Below, in pieces: positions 48,590 to 58,471 of a stretch of 64,000 nucleotides of DNA (position 1 is the stretch's first letter; every line of letters begins with the position of its first letter). The stretch is from Roseibacillus sp. (GTDB lineage: Bacteria > Verrucomicrobiota > Verrucomicrobiia > Verrucomicrobiales > Akkermansiaceae). The position numbers and the translations under genes are program-made. The notes under the pieces were generated by a model that was given only the letters and a program-made list of their open reading frames with translations, had not been told where the DNA came from and ran no database searches. The stretch covers positions 96,001-160,000 of the forward strand of contig CBDEUM010000014.1 in the NCBI GenBank assembly GCA_965242925.1. Reading direction: 5' to 3'.

Positions 48590-49919
48590 GAATCATCTGC
48601 CCTCCATCCAGAACTTTCATTTCCGCCCGCTGCTGGGCTCCCACCCCGCAGAGCTCCGCAATGGTCGTGCCGGCCATGAGGGGTGTGATCGGCGCCGTGA
48701 CAGGATGCTCCGCCCTTGCATCACTCTCACCGATCGTGCGCCCCGGCTGCACCCCGGCACCCGCCCAGATGGAGAAATAACAATGCTGATGGTGCTCGCG
48801 GGACGCCCGTTTGCTGATCTTGGGTGTCCGCCCGAACTCCCCCATTGCGACTACCAGGGTATCCTCCATCATTCCCCGGTCATCAAGGTCATCAAGGAGG
48901 GCCGAAAAGGACCGGTCAAAGATCGGGCAGTGCCGATCCTGCAGAAGTTCGAAGTTGTAGATGTGGGTGTCCCAGCCCCAGTCGCCATTCGGGGTGAAGG
49001 TCTCCACATACTCCGACCAGTTGACCTGGATGTAGGGCACGCCCACCTGCGCCAGCCGGCGGGCAAGCAGGCAGCTCTGTCCGAAGGCCGTCTGCCCGTA
49101 GCCTTCGCGGGTCTTCTCCTTCTCCCGCGTCAGGTCAAAGGCATTCTTGGCCTTCGGGTCAGTCAGCAGCCCATAGGCAGCCTGATGGGTCTTCTCCCAG
49201 TCTTCAATGTGCGCTCCATCGAGCGTGCGATGGGCCGCGTCCAGCTTATCGAAGAGCTGCCTGCGGTCCTGAATGCGGTTGGGCGTGATCCCATCCAGCA
49301 TCTTGAGCGTGGGAATATTCACCTCGCCGTGCTGGGAACAGCTCACCAGGAACGGATCGTAGGCCTTACCCAGGGTTCCGCCCCCGTAGCCCTCGATGCG
49401 CCGCGGCAGATCACGTGGAATTCCCCGTCCGAGGTAGAAAAAAGGAGGAAGCGTGCCGGTGTCTCCCCGGTGCTTTGCGATGATCGCCCCGAAGTTGGGA
49501 TGAACGGTGGGGGACTCCTTGAAGCCGGTTACACCGATCGTCCCCGCACCGGGATGCCCGCCGTCAGTGGTCACCATCGAACGGATCAGCGAAAACTTGT
49601 CATTACGCTGCGCAAGACGCGGCAGCATCTCGGTGAAGTGCACGCCGGGAATCTTTGTCCTGATCGTCCCGAACGGTCCCCGATACTCCATGGGAGCGTC
49701 CGGCTTGGGGTCAAACGTATCAATGTGACTGGGGCCACCCCAGAGCCAGAGCAGAATTACCGACTTGGCCCGTGCCCGTTCCTGCGCAGCCTGCACCTCT
49801 AACAGACTGGGCAACCCCGCCCCCATTGCGAAGGGGACCGCAGCTGCCGTCTTCAGAAAAGAACGCCGCGACACGCCATTGCAATCGTTAGCCTTGAAAT
49901 CACCGACTCCGATCATCAC
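48576..49919 (-). CDS. DUF1501 domain-containing protein (Tat signal)
   Basis: CNGVSRRSFLK, AKSVILLWLWGGPSHIDTFDPKP, FGQSCLLARRL, WDTH, AMGEFGRTPK, REHH. Confidence 0.92.
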   Translation of the reverse strand: MMIGVGDFKANDCNGVSRRSFLKTAAAVPFAMGAGLPSLLEVQAAQERARAKSVILLWLWGGPSHIDTFDPKPDAPMEYRGPFGTIRTKIPGVHFTEMLPRLAQRNDKFSLIRSMVTTDGGHPGAGTIGVTGFKESPTVHPNFGAIIAKHRGDTGTLPPFFYLGRGIPRDLPRRIEGYGGGTLGKAYDPFLVSCSQHGEVNIPTLKMLDGITPNRIQDRRQLFDKLDAAHRTLDGAHIEDWEKTHQAAYGLLTDPKAKNAFDLTREKEKTREGYGQTAFGQSCLLARRLAQVGVPYIQVNWSEYVETFTPNGDWGWDTHIYNFELLQDRHCPIFDRSFSALLDDLDDRGMMEDTLVVAMGEFGRTPKISKRASREHHQHCYFSIWAGAGVQPGRTIGESDARAEHPVTAPITPLMAGTTIAELCGVGAQQRAEMKVLDGGQMIHDLL

Positions 49920-50049
49920 TCAAACGTATTCCAAGAGTGTTCATGTTATCCGAAAAGAAAAGGAAATACGCGCCCCTGCAGGGGATGAGCCGCTCCTCCC
50001 TCCAATTTAGGATTTGGAGTTTCGCACTCCGCCCCTACGGTCCGCCACC

Positions 50050-51465
50050 TTGGCGTTCAACAGCTACCTCTTCTGGCTCTTCTTCGCGGTGGTCATCGGG
50101 CTCTACCGCCTGTTGCCCCACCGCGGCCAGAATCGCATGTTGCTGGTGGCGAGCTACGTCTTCTATGGTGCCTGGGACGCGCGGTTCCTGCTCCTTATCG
50201 CGATCTCCACCCTGGTCGATTTCCTTGTAGCACAACGCATCACGGCCGCCCCGAACCGCACCCTGGCCAGACGCTGGTGTGCCCTTTCCATCACGGTCAA
50301 TCTGGGAATCCTCGGAGTCTTCAAGTACTTCGACTTCTTTACCACCAGCTTCGCCAGCTTTCTCGAGTCCTTCTTCAACTACCAGACCGACCCGATCACC
50401 CTGAACGTCATCCTTCCGGTCGGCATCTCCTTCTACACCTTCCAGACCCTGAGCTACACCATCGATGTCTACCGCGGTCACACCAGTCCCGCCACCAACC
50501 TGCTCGACTTCGCGCTCTACGTCGCCTTTTTCCCCCAGTTGGTGGCTGGTCCCATCGAACGCTCCCATCGCCTCCTTCCCCAGATTGTCAACCCCCGCAA
50601 ATCGCGGGAGGGGGCCTTCTCCAAAGGGCTCTACCTCATCATCACCGGACTCTTTGCCAAGATCGTCATCGCCGACAACATGGCCTTCATCTGCAACGGC
50701 ATCTTCGCTGCGCCAGTGGGTGAAGCGGGCGGGGTCGATCGCCTGGTTGGAATCTACGCCTTCGCCTTCCAGATCTATGGTGACTTCTACGGTTATTCGT
50801 CCATTGCCCGCGGCATCGCCCTCTGGATGGGAATAGACCTCATGGCCAATTTCCGCATGCCCTACTTCGCCCGGTCCCCGGGCGATTTCTGGCAGCGCTG
50901 GCACATCAGTCTTTCGAGCTGGCTGCGCGACTATCTCTACATTCCGCTTGGCGGCAATCGCGGTGGCCGGTGGCTGACCTACCGCAATCTCATGATCACC
51001 ATGCTGCTGGGTGGCCTCTGGCACGGTGCAGGATGGACCTTCGTGCTGTGGGGCCTCTACCAGGGGCTCCTGCTCTGTATCTACCGTCCCTTTGAAAGCC
51101 GCATCCGTCAATCGGATCCCTCCCTCCTCCGCCGGCTGGTGGAAACCTTCCTCTTCTTCAACCTCATCTGTCTCGGCTGGCTCTTCTTCCGTGCCGAGTC
51201 CATTACTCAAGTCTGGTTCTTTCTCCAGGAGATCCTTTTCACCAACTTCAACGCCACCTTCCTCACCACCTACGGGCTGGGTTCCATCCTCGTCCTCACC
51301 GGTCCCTTCCTGCTCCTCGAAGTATGGCTGTCCCGGCGAGGCGACCTCCTGGCCCTCACCAGAGTGGCATGGGGATGGCGTGCGGCCGCCTACGTCTACG
51401 CCCTCTTCATGCTCCTGATCTACCAACCACATCGAAGCAGTGAATTCATCTACTTCCAGTTCTAA
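50050..51465 (+). CDS. MBOAT family O-acyltransferase (AlgI/PatA/DltB-like)
   Basis: ASYVFYGAWD, FKYFDFF, LPVGISFYTFQ, FFPQLVAGPIER, QIYGDF.GYS, FWQRWHISLSSWLRDYLYIPLGG, GLWHGA, FIYFQF. Probable TTG start at 50050. Confidence 0.93.
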   Translation: MAFNSYLFWLFFAVVIGLYRLLPHRGQNRMLLVASYVFYGAWDARFLLLIAISTLVDFLVAQRITAAPNRTLARRWCALSITVNLGILGVFKYFDFFTTSFASFLESFFNYQTDPITLNVILPVGISFYTFQTLSYTIDVYRGHTSPATNLLDFALYVAFFPQLVAGPIERSHRLLPQIVNPRKSREGAFSKGLYLIITGLFAKIVIADNMAFICNGIFAAPVGEAGGVDRLVGIYAFAFQIYGDFYGYSSIARGIALWMGIDLMANFRMPYFARSPGDFWQRWHISLSSWLRDYLYIPLGGNRGGRWLTYRNLMITMLLGGLWHGAGWTFVLWGLYQGLLLCIYRPFESRIRQSDPSLLRRLVETFLFFNLICLGWLFFRAESITQVWFFLQEILFTNFNATFLTTYGLGSILVLTGPFLLLEVWLSRRGDLLALTRVAWGWRAAAYVYALFMLLIYQPHRSSEFIYFQF

Positions 51466-52423
51466 GAACGCCGAGTGGAAGGTGGTCGCCATCTTCGTCA
51501 CGGCCTTCCTGCTCTTCGAAATCGTGGCGCGCATCCTTGCACCCACACTCGATTACGACCGCGTGCATATCCACGCCCTACCCGGGATCGTGGAAGAGAT
51601 GGGCGACGACAAGAGGCCCCGCGTCGTGCTCCTGGGGAATTCCCTCCTCATGCACGGGGCTGACGGAGAACTCCTTGAGGAGGAAATCTCACGCGCCATC
51701 TCGGGTCCCTGCAGTATCACCAAGATCACCCCGGTGGGCACCGCCATCCGGGACTGGAACTACCTCTACGATACTTACTTCACCGAGAAGAACACCCATC
51801 CCGACGTGGTGGTGGTGGGCTTCGTGGCACACCACATCCCCGACCAGTGCGAACTCAAGATGCGCCGACTGGCGCGCCATTTCTGCTCGCTTAGCAATCT
51901 CTGGGACTGCCTGCAACAGGAAGGCCCAACCTTTGACGATAGGGCAGTCGGCGCGCTCTCCCACTTCTCGGCACTTTACGGCGACCAAGCGGAACACCAC
52001 TGGGGAGCCAGTTCCTTCACCGTTCCGGAATTCGGACGAGGGACAAGAAAGATCAATAACATCCTGGACGGAGAGGCCAGGCGAAAGGCACGGAAGAAAG
52101 CGGAGCCGAATTCCTCTCCTGCCCCGCCGCCCAGAACCTACCAGAAACTCGCCCACCTTATCGAGACCTTCAGGAAGCACGGGGTGAAGGCCTGCTTCGT
52201 CCCCATGCCGCAACCGGAGAGCTGGGAATTCGATCCTGCTGCCACGGAAGTGATTGTCGATAATGGCGCCACCCTGATCGACGGCCGGGCCATCGCCGGC
52301 ATGAAGCAGGCCGACTTCCTGGATGGCTACCATCTCGGGGAAACGGGCACAAAACGCTTCACACACTTTCTAGCGAAGGCCCTGGCGAAGGAACTCTCGG
52401 CCGGAACTGCGCTGTCACCGTGA
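51440..52423 (+). CDS. SGNH-like membrane-anchored partner of the MBOAT (AlgJ/PatB/DltD-like)
   Basis: N-terminal TM helix, LLGNSL, FLDGYHL (DxxH); overlaps the MBOAT 3' end. Confidence 0.7.
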   Translation: MNSSTSSSKNAEWKVVAIFVTAFLLFEIVARILAPTLDYDRVHIHALPGIVEEMGDDKRPRVVLLGNSLLMHGADGELLEEEISRAISGPCSITKITPVGTAIRDWNYLYDTYFTEKNTHPDVVVVGFVAHHIPDQCELKMRRLARHFCSLSNLWDCLQQEGPTFDDRAVGALSHFSALYGDQAEHHWGASSFTVPEFGRGTRKINNILDGEARRKARKKAEPNSSPAPPPRTYQKLAHLIETFRKHGVKACFVPMPQPESWEFDPAATEVIVDNGATLIDGRAIAGMKQADFLDGYHLGETGTKRFTHFLAKALAKELSAGTALSP

Positions 52424-52466
52424 TCCGCCATTGACGCTGCGGGGTCCACCTCCCCATCGTCGTGGC

Positions 52467-54020
52467 ATGCTGGCCTCCGGTCTTCCGCGAACCCTCGTCC
52501 TGCTCTTCAGCCTTTCGATTGTCTCCTCCCTCAACTGCCATGCGGAGCGAGCCCTCTCGGTCGCCGCAGTATTCGGTGATCATGCGGTCCTCCAGCGGGG
52601 CGTGCAGGTCCCCATCTGGGGCACGGCAAATACGGGAAGTCAGATTGAAGTCGACTTTGCGGGCCAGCAGCAAACAGCGGTGGCGGACAAGGGAGGACAT
52701 TGGACGGCCTGGCTGGAAGCAATGAAAGAGAGCGCCAGGGGACGGGATCTGGTGGTTCGTTGCGCAGAGCACTCCCTCACCTTCAAGAACGTGGTGGTGG
52801 GCGAAGTCTGGTTGGCGAGCGGACAATCAAACATGCAGTTCTCCCTCAGGGCCTGCGCCCGCCGACTCAAGAACGTGCAGGTGGCCATGGAGGAACAGAC
52901 CCGTCACAACATCCGCCTGTTGCGCATCGGACCGCCCGACAGCTACCAATTCAGGGAGCTCGACCGCATGAATGTCCGCTGGCAGACCGACTCGCCCACC
53001 ACCCGACCCAACCAGTCCGCTGTGGCCTTCTTTTTCGCGCGGAAGCTGGCCCGGGATCTCGCTGTGCCCATCGGAGTGATCGAGTCCTCGTGGGGGGGAA
53101 AGCCCATTGAGGGATTCATCCCGGAAGAGGAATTCGCAAGCGATGCCGCCTTACGACCGATCGCCGCCCTGGCCCGCGAGAACAGACTGGAAGAACTCAA
53201 GCAACTGAAAGGCGGAGTCATAATCCGCAACACCGCGGGGATGCCCGGGCGCATCTTCAACAGCCGAATTGCTCCGGTCGCGCCCTATGCAGTGGCAGGC
53301 GCCATCTGGTATCAGGGCGAGTCAAACGCCGGAACGGGCGAGGACCCGCGTAACTACCGGATCAAGATGGAGGCCCTTATCAGGGGCTGGCGTAAGACCT
53401 TCAAACAACCACGGATGCCCTTCTACTTCGTCCAACTCCCCGCCTTCCGGGATGAGTCCTTCGGCTGGGTCCGGCTGCGCGAGGAACAGCGCCTCAGCCT
53501 CACCGTTCCGCACACCGGCATGGCGGTGACCATCGACCTTCGCGACACCGACATTCATCCTGCCAACAAGATCGATGTGGGCGAGCGACTGGCCCACTGG
53601 CCGCTGGCCAGACAATATGGGAAGCGGGAGATCGTTCCCGGAGGCCCTCTCTTCAAGTCGGCCCGGATTGACGGCACGACCGTGCGAGTGAGCTTTGACC
53701 ACCTGGGGGGCGGTCTCATGATCGCGCGGAAGGAGGGGTTGACCCCGCCCAGGGAGACGCCCGCCACCGCCCTCGAACACTTCGAAATCGCGGCAGCAGA
53801 CGGCACCTGGCATCCCGCCCAGGCCGAGATCGAGAGTCAGGAAGTGGTGATCCGTGCGAATGCAGTGCCCAAACCGGTGGCAGTTCGTTACGCCTGCCGC
53901 GGAGCGCCGGCAAATCCCAACCTCTACAATCGCGCCGGACTCCCAGCCTCTCCCTTCTGCTCCCGCCTCGAGTTCCTTCCCTGGGCTCCCCCCGGGAAGA
54001 ACTCCAGCCCGGAAAAATAA
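52467..54020 (+). CDS. Sialate O-acetylesterase family protein
   Basis: FGDHAVLQR, VGEVWLASGQSNM, SAVAFFF, SSWGG, IWYQGESN, FVQLP, DIHP.NK.DVGERL, NLYNRAGLPASPF. Confidence 0.9.
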   Translation: MLASGLPRTLVLLFSLSIVSSLNCHAERALSVAAVFGDHAVLQRGVQVPIWGTANTGSQIEVDFAGQQQTAVADKGGHWTAWLEAMKESARGRDLVVRCAEHSLTFKNVVVGEVWLASGQSNMQFSLRACARRLKNVQVAMEEQTRHNIRLLRIGPPDSYQFRELDRMNVRWQTDSPTTRPNQSAVAFFFARKLARDLAVPIGVIESSWGGKPIEGFIPEEEFASDAALRPIAALARENRLEELKQLKGGVIIRNTAGMPGRIFNSRIAPVAPYAVAGAIWYQGESNAGTGEDPRNYRIKMEALIRGWRKTFKQPRMPFYFVQLPAFRDESFGWVRLREEQRLSLTVPHTGMAVTIDLRDTDIHPANKIDVGERLAHWPLARQYGKREIVPGGPLFKSARIDGTTVRVSFDHLGGGLMIARKEGLTPPRETPATALEHFEIAAADGTWHPAQAEIESQEVVIRANAVPKPVAVRYACRGAPANPNLYNRAGLPASPFCSRLEFLPWAPPGKNSSPEK

Positions 54021-54026
54021 TTCATC

Positions 54027-54320
54027 ATGAAAATCGGCCTCCTCGACACCCTGATCTTCATCGCTTTCATCGCACGGGTGATCGCGGTCTCGGTCTACGC
54101 CTCCCGGCGGGAATGAACCGACCAAGACTACTTTCTCTCAGGCCGCAACCTGAAGCGGTGGATCATCGGGATCTCGCTCATCGCGTCCTGCCTTTCCACC
54201 GAACAGCTGGCGGGCATGAACGGGCAGGCCTCTGGCGGGGTGGGCCTGGCAGTCGCCGCGTGGACCTTGCTCGCCCCAGTCACGGTGGGAGTGATCGCAG
54301 TGACAATGGTCTACCGGTAA
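54027..54320 (+). pseudogene. Sodium:solute symporter (SSS) pseudogene, N-terminal fragment
   Basis: MKIGLLDTLIFIAFI...SRRE*TDQDYFLSGRNL..WIIGISLIAS.LSTEQ..GMNGQ...GLAVAAW...*: SSS N-terminal signature with an in-frame TGA (54114) and a stop after 97 codons. Confidence 0.8.
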
Positions 54321-54338
54321 AGCCGGTTCATTCCCCTC

Positions 54339-55784
54339 CTACTGGGCCGTGCCGGGCAGGAAGCGGTAGTAAACTTCCAGCATCAGGGTCGTCAGGCAGG
54401 TCACGTAGTGCACATTACCCAGACCGTGACCTGTGTTGGCGGGAAGAGGCCAGGAACCGTCCTTGTTCTGGGCTGCCAGGGTTGCATCCCGGAAAAGCTC
54501 ATTGTAATCCTTCCAGAACTTGCCGCCGTAGTTGATCATGGCCTGAGACGCATAGTAATGACCGTAGAGGTCGGTGTCCTTGCCCTTCCAGTCGAACTTG
54601 ATGTTCTTGTTGATCACCTTGCAGGCCTTGCGGGGCACGGAGTGGGCTTCCTTGCCCCAGAGCTGGAAACAGAGCGCTCCGGCAGCAGAAAGAGTCGTGC
54701 CGTCACCTCGCGGGTTGGGACCGGTGTAGCCGATCGCTCCACTGGCGTGCTGGTTGCTGGCGAAGGCATCCAGGCCATCCCGTGCACACTTCGCCAAGTT
54801 GCGAAATTCGATCCCGGTATGCTTGCAGGCCTTGAGAGCCTGAAGGCACCATCCCATGACCGAGCTGTCATTACGACGGTCCTCCGTAAAGCGGTAAGTC
54901 CATCCTCCGGCGGCATTCTGACCATCGATAATGGTCTGCCCTCCCAGCTGCACGGCCTCATGGAGACCGGGCAGGTTCACTCCGAGCTGGCTGCAGAAGG
55001 TATAGGCTTCCGCAATGGCGTAGGTTGCGATCGCGTGTTCGTAAACCCACTGATTGGATTGCAGGTCACTTCCCATGCGGCCCTTGTTCTTCGTGCTCTG
55101 GTTCACCAGGTAAGTGATGGCATTGGTCACCGTTTCACCGTACTTTTCGGAGAGTGGGGTTTCGCAGTGCCCGAGATAGGCCAGGAGTGCCAGTCCGGTA
55201 TAAGCGACCTTGTAGCCGCCACCCCATGATCCGTCACCCGCCTGCGTGGTCTGCAACCAGTCGAGGGATTTTACCACCGCAGTCTCACATTCTTCACTTC
55301 CCCCGTTTTCCTTGAGGCGCTGCATGCGGTCCTGAGGCGAACAACGCTTCCGCATCACGGCTGGGATGTTGCCGAAGCCGCCCCCTCCGCCATCTCCACC
55401 GCTTCCCCAGCCCTGGCCGAAGTCATCCCCGCTACCAAAGTCCAGATTTGGTTCTGCTTCGGTTTCCGGAACCGGTACTGCAGTGGGAGAGGGGGTGGTG
55501 GATGCGATCACCTTGGCCATCGAGGAAGAGGGCGCGGACGGCTTGCGCTGTATCTGTGGATTCACCTCCTTCTGATCCATGGTGTCCTCCTCAGGCGCCC
55601 CAGCCTGATAGGTCACGATGGTCGGCGATTTGATAAAGAGATTCGGGAGGAGGATGAACAGAAGAATGAGGACCACGAGAGCGATCACCAGCAAGGCGAT
55701 CACAATGCTGGTGATGACGGAATTTCTCCGCTGCGCTTCGAGGCGGGCCTCTGCTTCAGGACTTAATTGGGCGTGCAGGCTCAT
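54339..55784 (-). CDS. Prenyltransferase/squalene oxidase (QW-like) repeat protein, membrane-anchored
   Basis: Start ATG 55784; TM helix, Pro/Gly-rich linker, LDWL..TQ..DGSW, TGLALLAYLG, YEHAIATYA, Q...GGWTY, Q.KDGSW, LEVYYR. Confidence 0.8.
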   Translation of the reverse strand: MSLHAQLSPEAEARLEAQRRNSVITSIVIALLVIALVVLILLFILLPNLFIKSPTIVTYQAGAPEEDTMDQKEVNPQIQRKPSAPSSSMAKVIASTTPSPTAVPVPETEAEPNLDFGSGDDFGQGWGSGGDGGGGGFGNIPAVMRKRCSPQDRMQRLKENGGSEECETAVVKSLDWLQTTQAGDGSWGGGYKVAYTGLALLAYLGHCETPLSEKYGETVTNAITYLVNQSTKNKGRMGSDLQSNQWVYEHAIATYAIAEAYTFCSQLGVNLPGLHEAVQLGGQTIIDGQNAAGGWTYRFTEDRRNDSSVMGWCLQALKACKHTGIEFRNLAKCARDGLDAFASNQHASGAIGYTGPNPRGDGTTLSAAGALCFQLWGKEAHSVPRKACKVINKNIKFDWKGKDTDLYGHYYASQAMINYGGKFWKDYNELFRDATLAAQNKDGSWPLPANTGHGLGNVHYVTCLTTLMLEVYYRFLPGTAQ

Positions 55785-56115
55785 ACCGGGTCGGATTGAG
55801 GGGATTTTATGGGTTGCTCGAACCCGTTCGAAAAGACAATTCCCTGATAGCTTACCCCTTCTGGATGGAAAATCCGCTCTAAAATCTCTGAAAATAAGGG
55901 AGCCCACCCCGCCAGACCCTACCCCGTTAGGAGGAGAGGACGAGGGAAACCCGGCTCTGCCGTCTTCCACGCAGGCCGCGCCAGCTCCCGGGCCTTCCTA
56001 CGGAATCACCCCTTCCAGGAGGCTTATTGACCTATCTCCGGACCCCACCCTGCCCCGATCACAGATCGGCAGAAGGTGTGTCACCCCGCCTGATCAGAGT
56101 CGCCCCAACCCCGGA

Positions 56116-56937
56116 TCACTCCGCACCAGGTTCCACATTGGGATCATCATCCGGATCGCGGGACCAGACGATGGAGGTGCCCGGTGCCTGGTCCTCCGGA
56201 GTGATGATTTCACCGGAGGCCTTGATCAGCTCGGGAACCCGGCGCACCTCGGTGTGACCGTCCACGAAGAGCAGCACGCCCTTCTGGTTATGGCGGGCGG
56301 CAAAGGCCCGCGGGTTGGCCTTGGGCGAGCCGTTGAACTTCCGCTGGGCCTTCGATTGCTTCTTGTCCTTGGGAAGTCCGCGTTCCAGGAAAATGACCGT
56401 GCTCACCGGTTGCTGAATGGAGGCCAGCGTCCCGGGATCCTTGTAGCCATCCGGCGCACGCCTCTGGAGTCGGCTGTTCATCCCGATCGCAAAGTAGGGA
56501 CGCTCCAGTTTCTTTTCACTCTTGAAGTAGGGAGCCCCTCCCAGGTAGGTCGGATAGCTGCCCTCGTAGAAGGTTCCCGGCGCATTATCCTCCCCCAGCT
56601 GTGCCACCGTCCGGTATCCCATCCGGTCGGGCAGAACATTATACCACGCCTCCTCAGCTTCCTCGCTCGCCGCTACGATCCAGTCCTCGTCGCCACCCGA
56701 AATGTTGGGAATGTCCGCATTCTCCAGAGGAAGACGCCCACCATGATCACTCGTATAATCCACGAAGGCCTGCCCCAGATCCTTGATCTTCTGGGTAGCA
56801 CGCGTGAGGTTTGCACTTTGAACCATGTTGGTGAAACCCTGAAAGGTGATCGACGCCAGGACGATCACGATCGCCACAGCCACGAGCAACTCAAGCAGAG
56901 TAAAGCCTGCCGCCTTTCGAGTGCACCTCCGGTTCAT
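56116..56937 (-). CDS. Prepilin-type N-terminal cleavage/methylation protein with H-X9-DG motif
   Basis: KAAG|FTLLELLVAVAIV; RHNQKGVLLFVDGH near the C-terminus. Confidence 0.88.
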   Translation of the reverse strand: MNRRCTRKAAGFTLLELLVAVAIVIVLASITFQGFTNMVQSANLTRATQKIKDLGQAFVDYTSDHGGRLPLENADIPNISGGDEDWIVAASEEAEEAWYNVLPDRMGYRTVAQLGEDNAPGTFYEGSYPTYLGGAPYFKSEKKLERPYFAIGMNSRLQRRAPDGYKDPGTLASIQQPVSTVIFLERGLPKDKKQSKAQRKFNGSPKANPRAFAARHNQKGVLLFVDGHTEVRRVPELIKASGEIITPEDQAPGTSIVWSRDPDDDPNVEPGAE

Positions 56938-56943
56938 GGGTTT

Positions 56944-57666
56944 CTAGCTGTCAAAGCTCCTCTGGGTCGATGTCAGGATCACGCGATTATTCCCTGAGGC
57001 AACCTGAAGCTTCTCCATAAAATCGGCTATTTTGGCCCCTGATTTCAAGAGAATTCCCCACCGAAGTTCCGTCATCATGCCCGCCTGGATCGATTCCACG
57101 CTGATAAGCTCCGTGGCATCAGCGAATTCCTCGAAAATTGGGCCAAACATCTGATCATACTGAATATCGTTATTCACGCGGATTCTGAGGTTGTGCGAGG
57201 CCCGTTTGGGGGCAAAAGCCTCCTTTTTCGAGAGGATGTAGACGGCAGCCACCATCACGATGGTAGTGGCCACGGCTGTTGGATAGAGGCGCGCGCCCAC
57301 CACCATGCCGGTCATCATGGAAAACAGAATGAAGGCCAGGTCCCGGGCCTGTCCAAGGTTGCGGCGGAACCGGATCATGGCAAAGGCCGCGAACATCCCG
57401 AAGCCGATCGCCGAGGCGTTCGGATGACTGCCGACCACCAGGATGAGAATGGTGGTCACGGTTCCCACGATCACAAGAGTGTGGACATAATCCTGCGAAT
57501 AGCGTGTCCCCCGGTAGGTCGCCTTATAGAGCGTTCCGATAATCAGGTTGAGCCCGAAGCTCACGCCAAGAGCGAAGACCACCTCGACAAACCCGGGGAT
57601 GACAAGATCGAATCCGAGTTTTTCCAGGATGTTTTCATAAACGTCGATAAAGGCCAGGGAGGTCAT
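56944..57666 (-). CDS. DUF4956 membrane protein
   Basis: Multi-TM; YSQDYVHTL, IGFGMFAAFAMIRFRR, ARDLAFILFSM..GM..G, ACT-like C-terminus; directly downstream of the VTC gene. Start ATG 57666. Confidence 0.85.
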   Translation of the reverse strand: MTSLAFIDVYENILEKLGFDLVIPGFVEVVFALGVSFGLNLIIGTLYKATYRGTRYSQDYVHTLVIVGTVTTILILVVGSHPNASAIGFGMFAAFAMIRFRRNLGQARDLAFILFSMMTGMVVGARLYPTAVATTIVMVAAVYILSKKEAFAPKRASHNLRIRVNNDIQYDQMFGPIFEEFADATELISVESIQAGMMTELRWGILLKSGAKIADFMEKLQVASGNNRVILTSTQRSFDS

Positions 57667-57700
57667 GATTTTGGTAGGGATAGTTTTATAAGAAGACGAG

Positions 57701-58471
57701 TCATGCTGCCGACCCCCGCCGTGCCCGCGCCCCTTCAAGCTGGGCACCCAGAACGGGGTCATGTTTTTCAAGGGATGTGCAGTACTTGCTGAAACTCCGC
57801 CGGCTCAACCCGGTCTCCCCGGCCCGCTGCCGCAGCCAGTAGGGAACCGGCCCGATGGACTTGATCTCCATGATGGAGTCTCCCTCGGGAATGATGAACC
57901 TGCTGAAGTTCTGATCGTCCGGGAGGAGCTTGGGGAACTCAGGACGGCAGCGCAGAAGATTGTCGAACGTGATCCGCAGATGACCGTCCGGCGAACTGAA
58001 GGCATCCCGATCATAGCGAATCTGCATGGAGGGCGCATGTCCCGCTGACCGCATCCCGAGGACTTCGTCGATCACGATACGACCAGCGCGGCCCACCTCG
58101 CTGCGGAGCCCGCGCAAAACATCGTCATTCCCAAGGCCGAATTCCTGGGCGGCCTCAATCGACATGGGCAGGCGGCGCTTCACCCCCAGCCCCTGCAACT
58201 TGTGCTTCACTTCAAGGAATCCCGCAGGAGGAATCTTGGCTGTCTCCGAACCATAAATGCGCAGACGGATCTTGCGGCGACTCTTGAAGCGACGCTGCTT
58301 CTCCCAGTAGCAGTCGCGCTCTGCGGTGTCGTAATACTGCGAGAGAATTGGGTAGTTCCCCGAGTTCCCCGGATTTTGGTCCACAGCAAGACGCTGCGAG
58401 ATCTCATCTTTCCATTGATGATACTGCGCCGCGCTGATCAGAAATTTGTATTCGGTCCTGCTTATACTCAC
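57701..58471 (-). CDS. VTC-domain polyphosphate polymerase (CYTH/triphosphate tunnel fold)
   Basis: RTEYKF, SQYYDT, RRKIRLRIY, FLEVKHK, KRR, YDRDAF, RITFD, IMEIK, FSKYC. Confidence 0.88.
   Translation of the reverse strand: MSISRTEYKFLISAAQYHQWKDEISQRLAVDQNPGNSGNYPILSQYYDTAERDCYWEKQRRFKSRRKIRLRIYGSETAKIPPAGFLEVKHKLQGLGVKRRLPMSIEAAQEFGLGNDDVLRGLRSEVGRAGRIVIDEVLGMRSAGHAPSMQIRYDRDAFSSPDGHLRITFDNLLRCRPEFPKLLPDDQNFSRFIIPEGDSIMEIKSIGPVPYWLRQRAGETGLSRRSFSKYCTSLEKHDPVLGAQLEGARARRGSAA

Noticed and set aside
54339..55784. Squalene-hopene cyclase
   Set aside because: Single QW-repeat barrel with a TM anchor, too short, and no DxDD motif.
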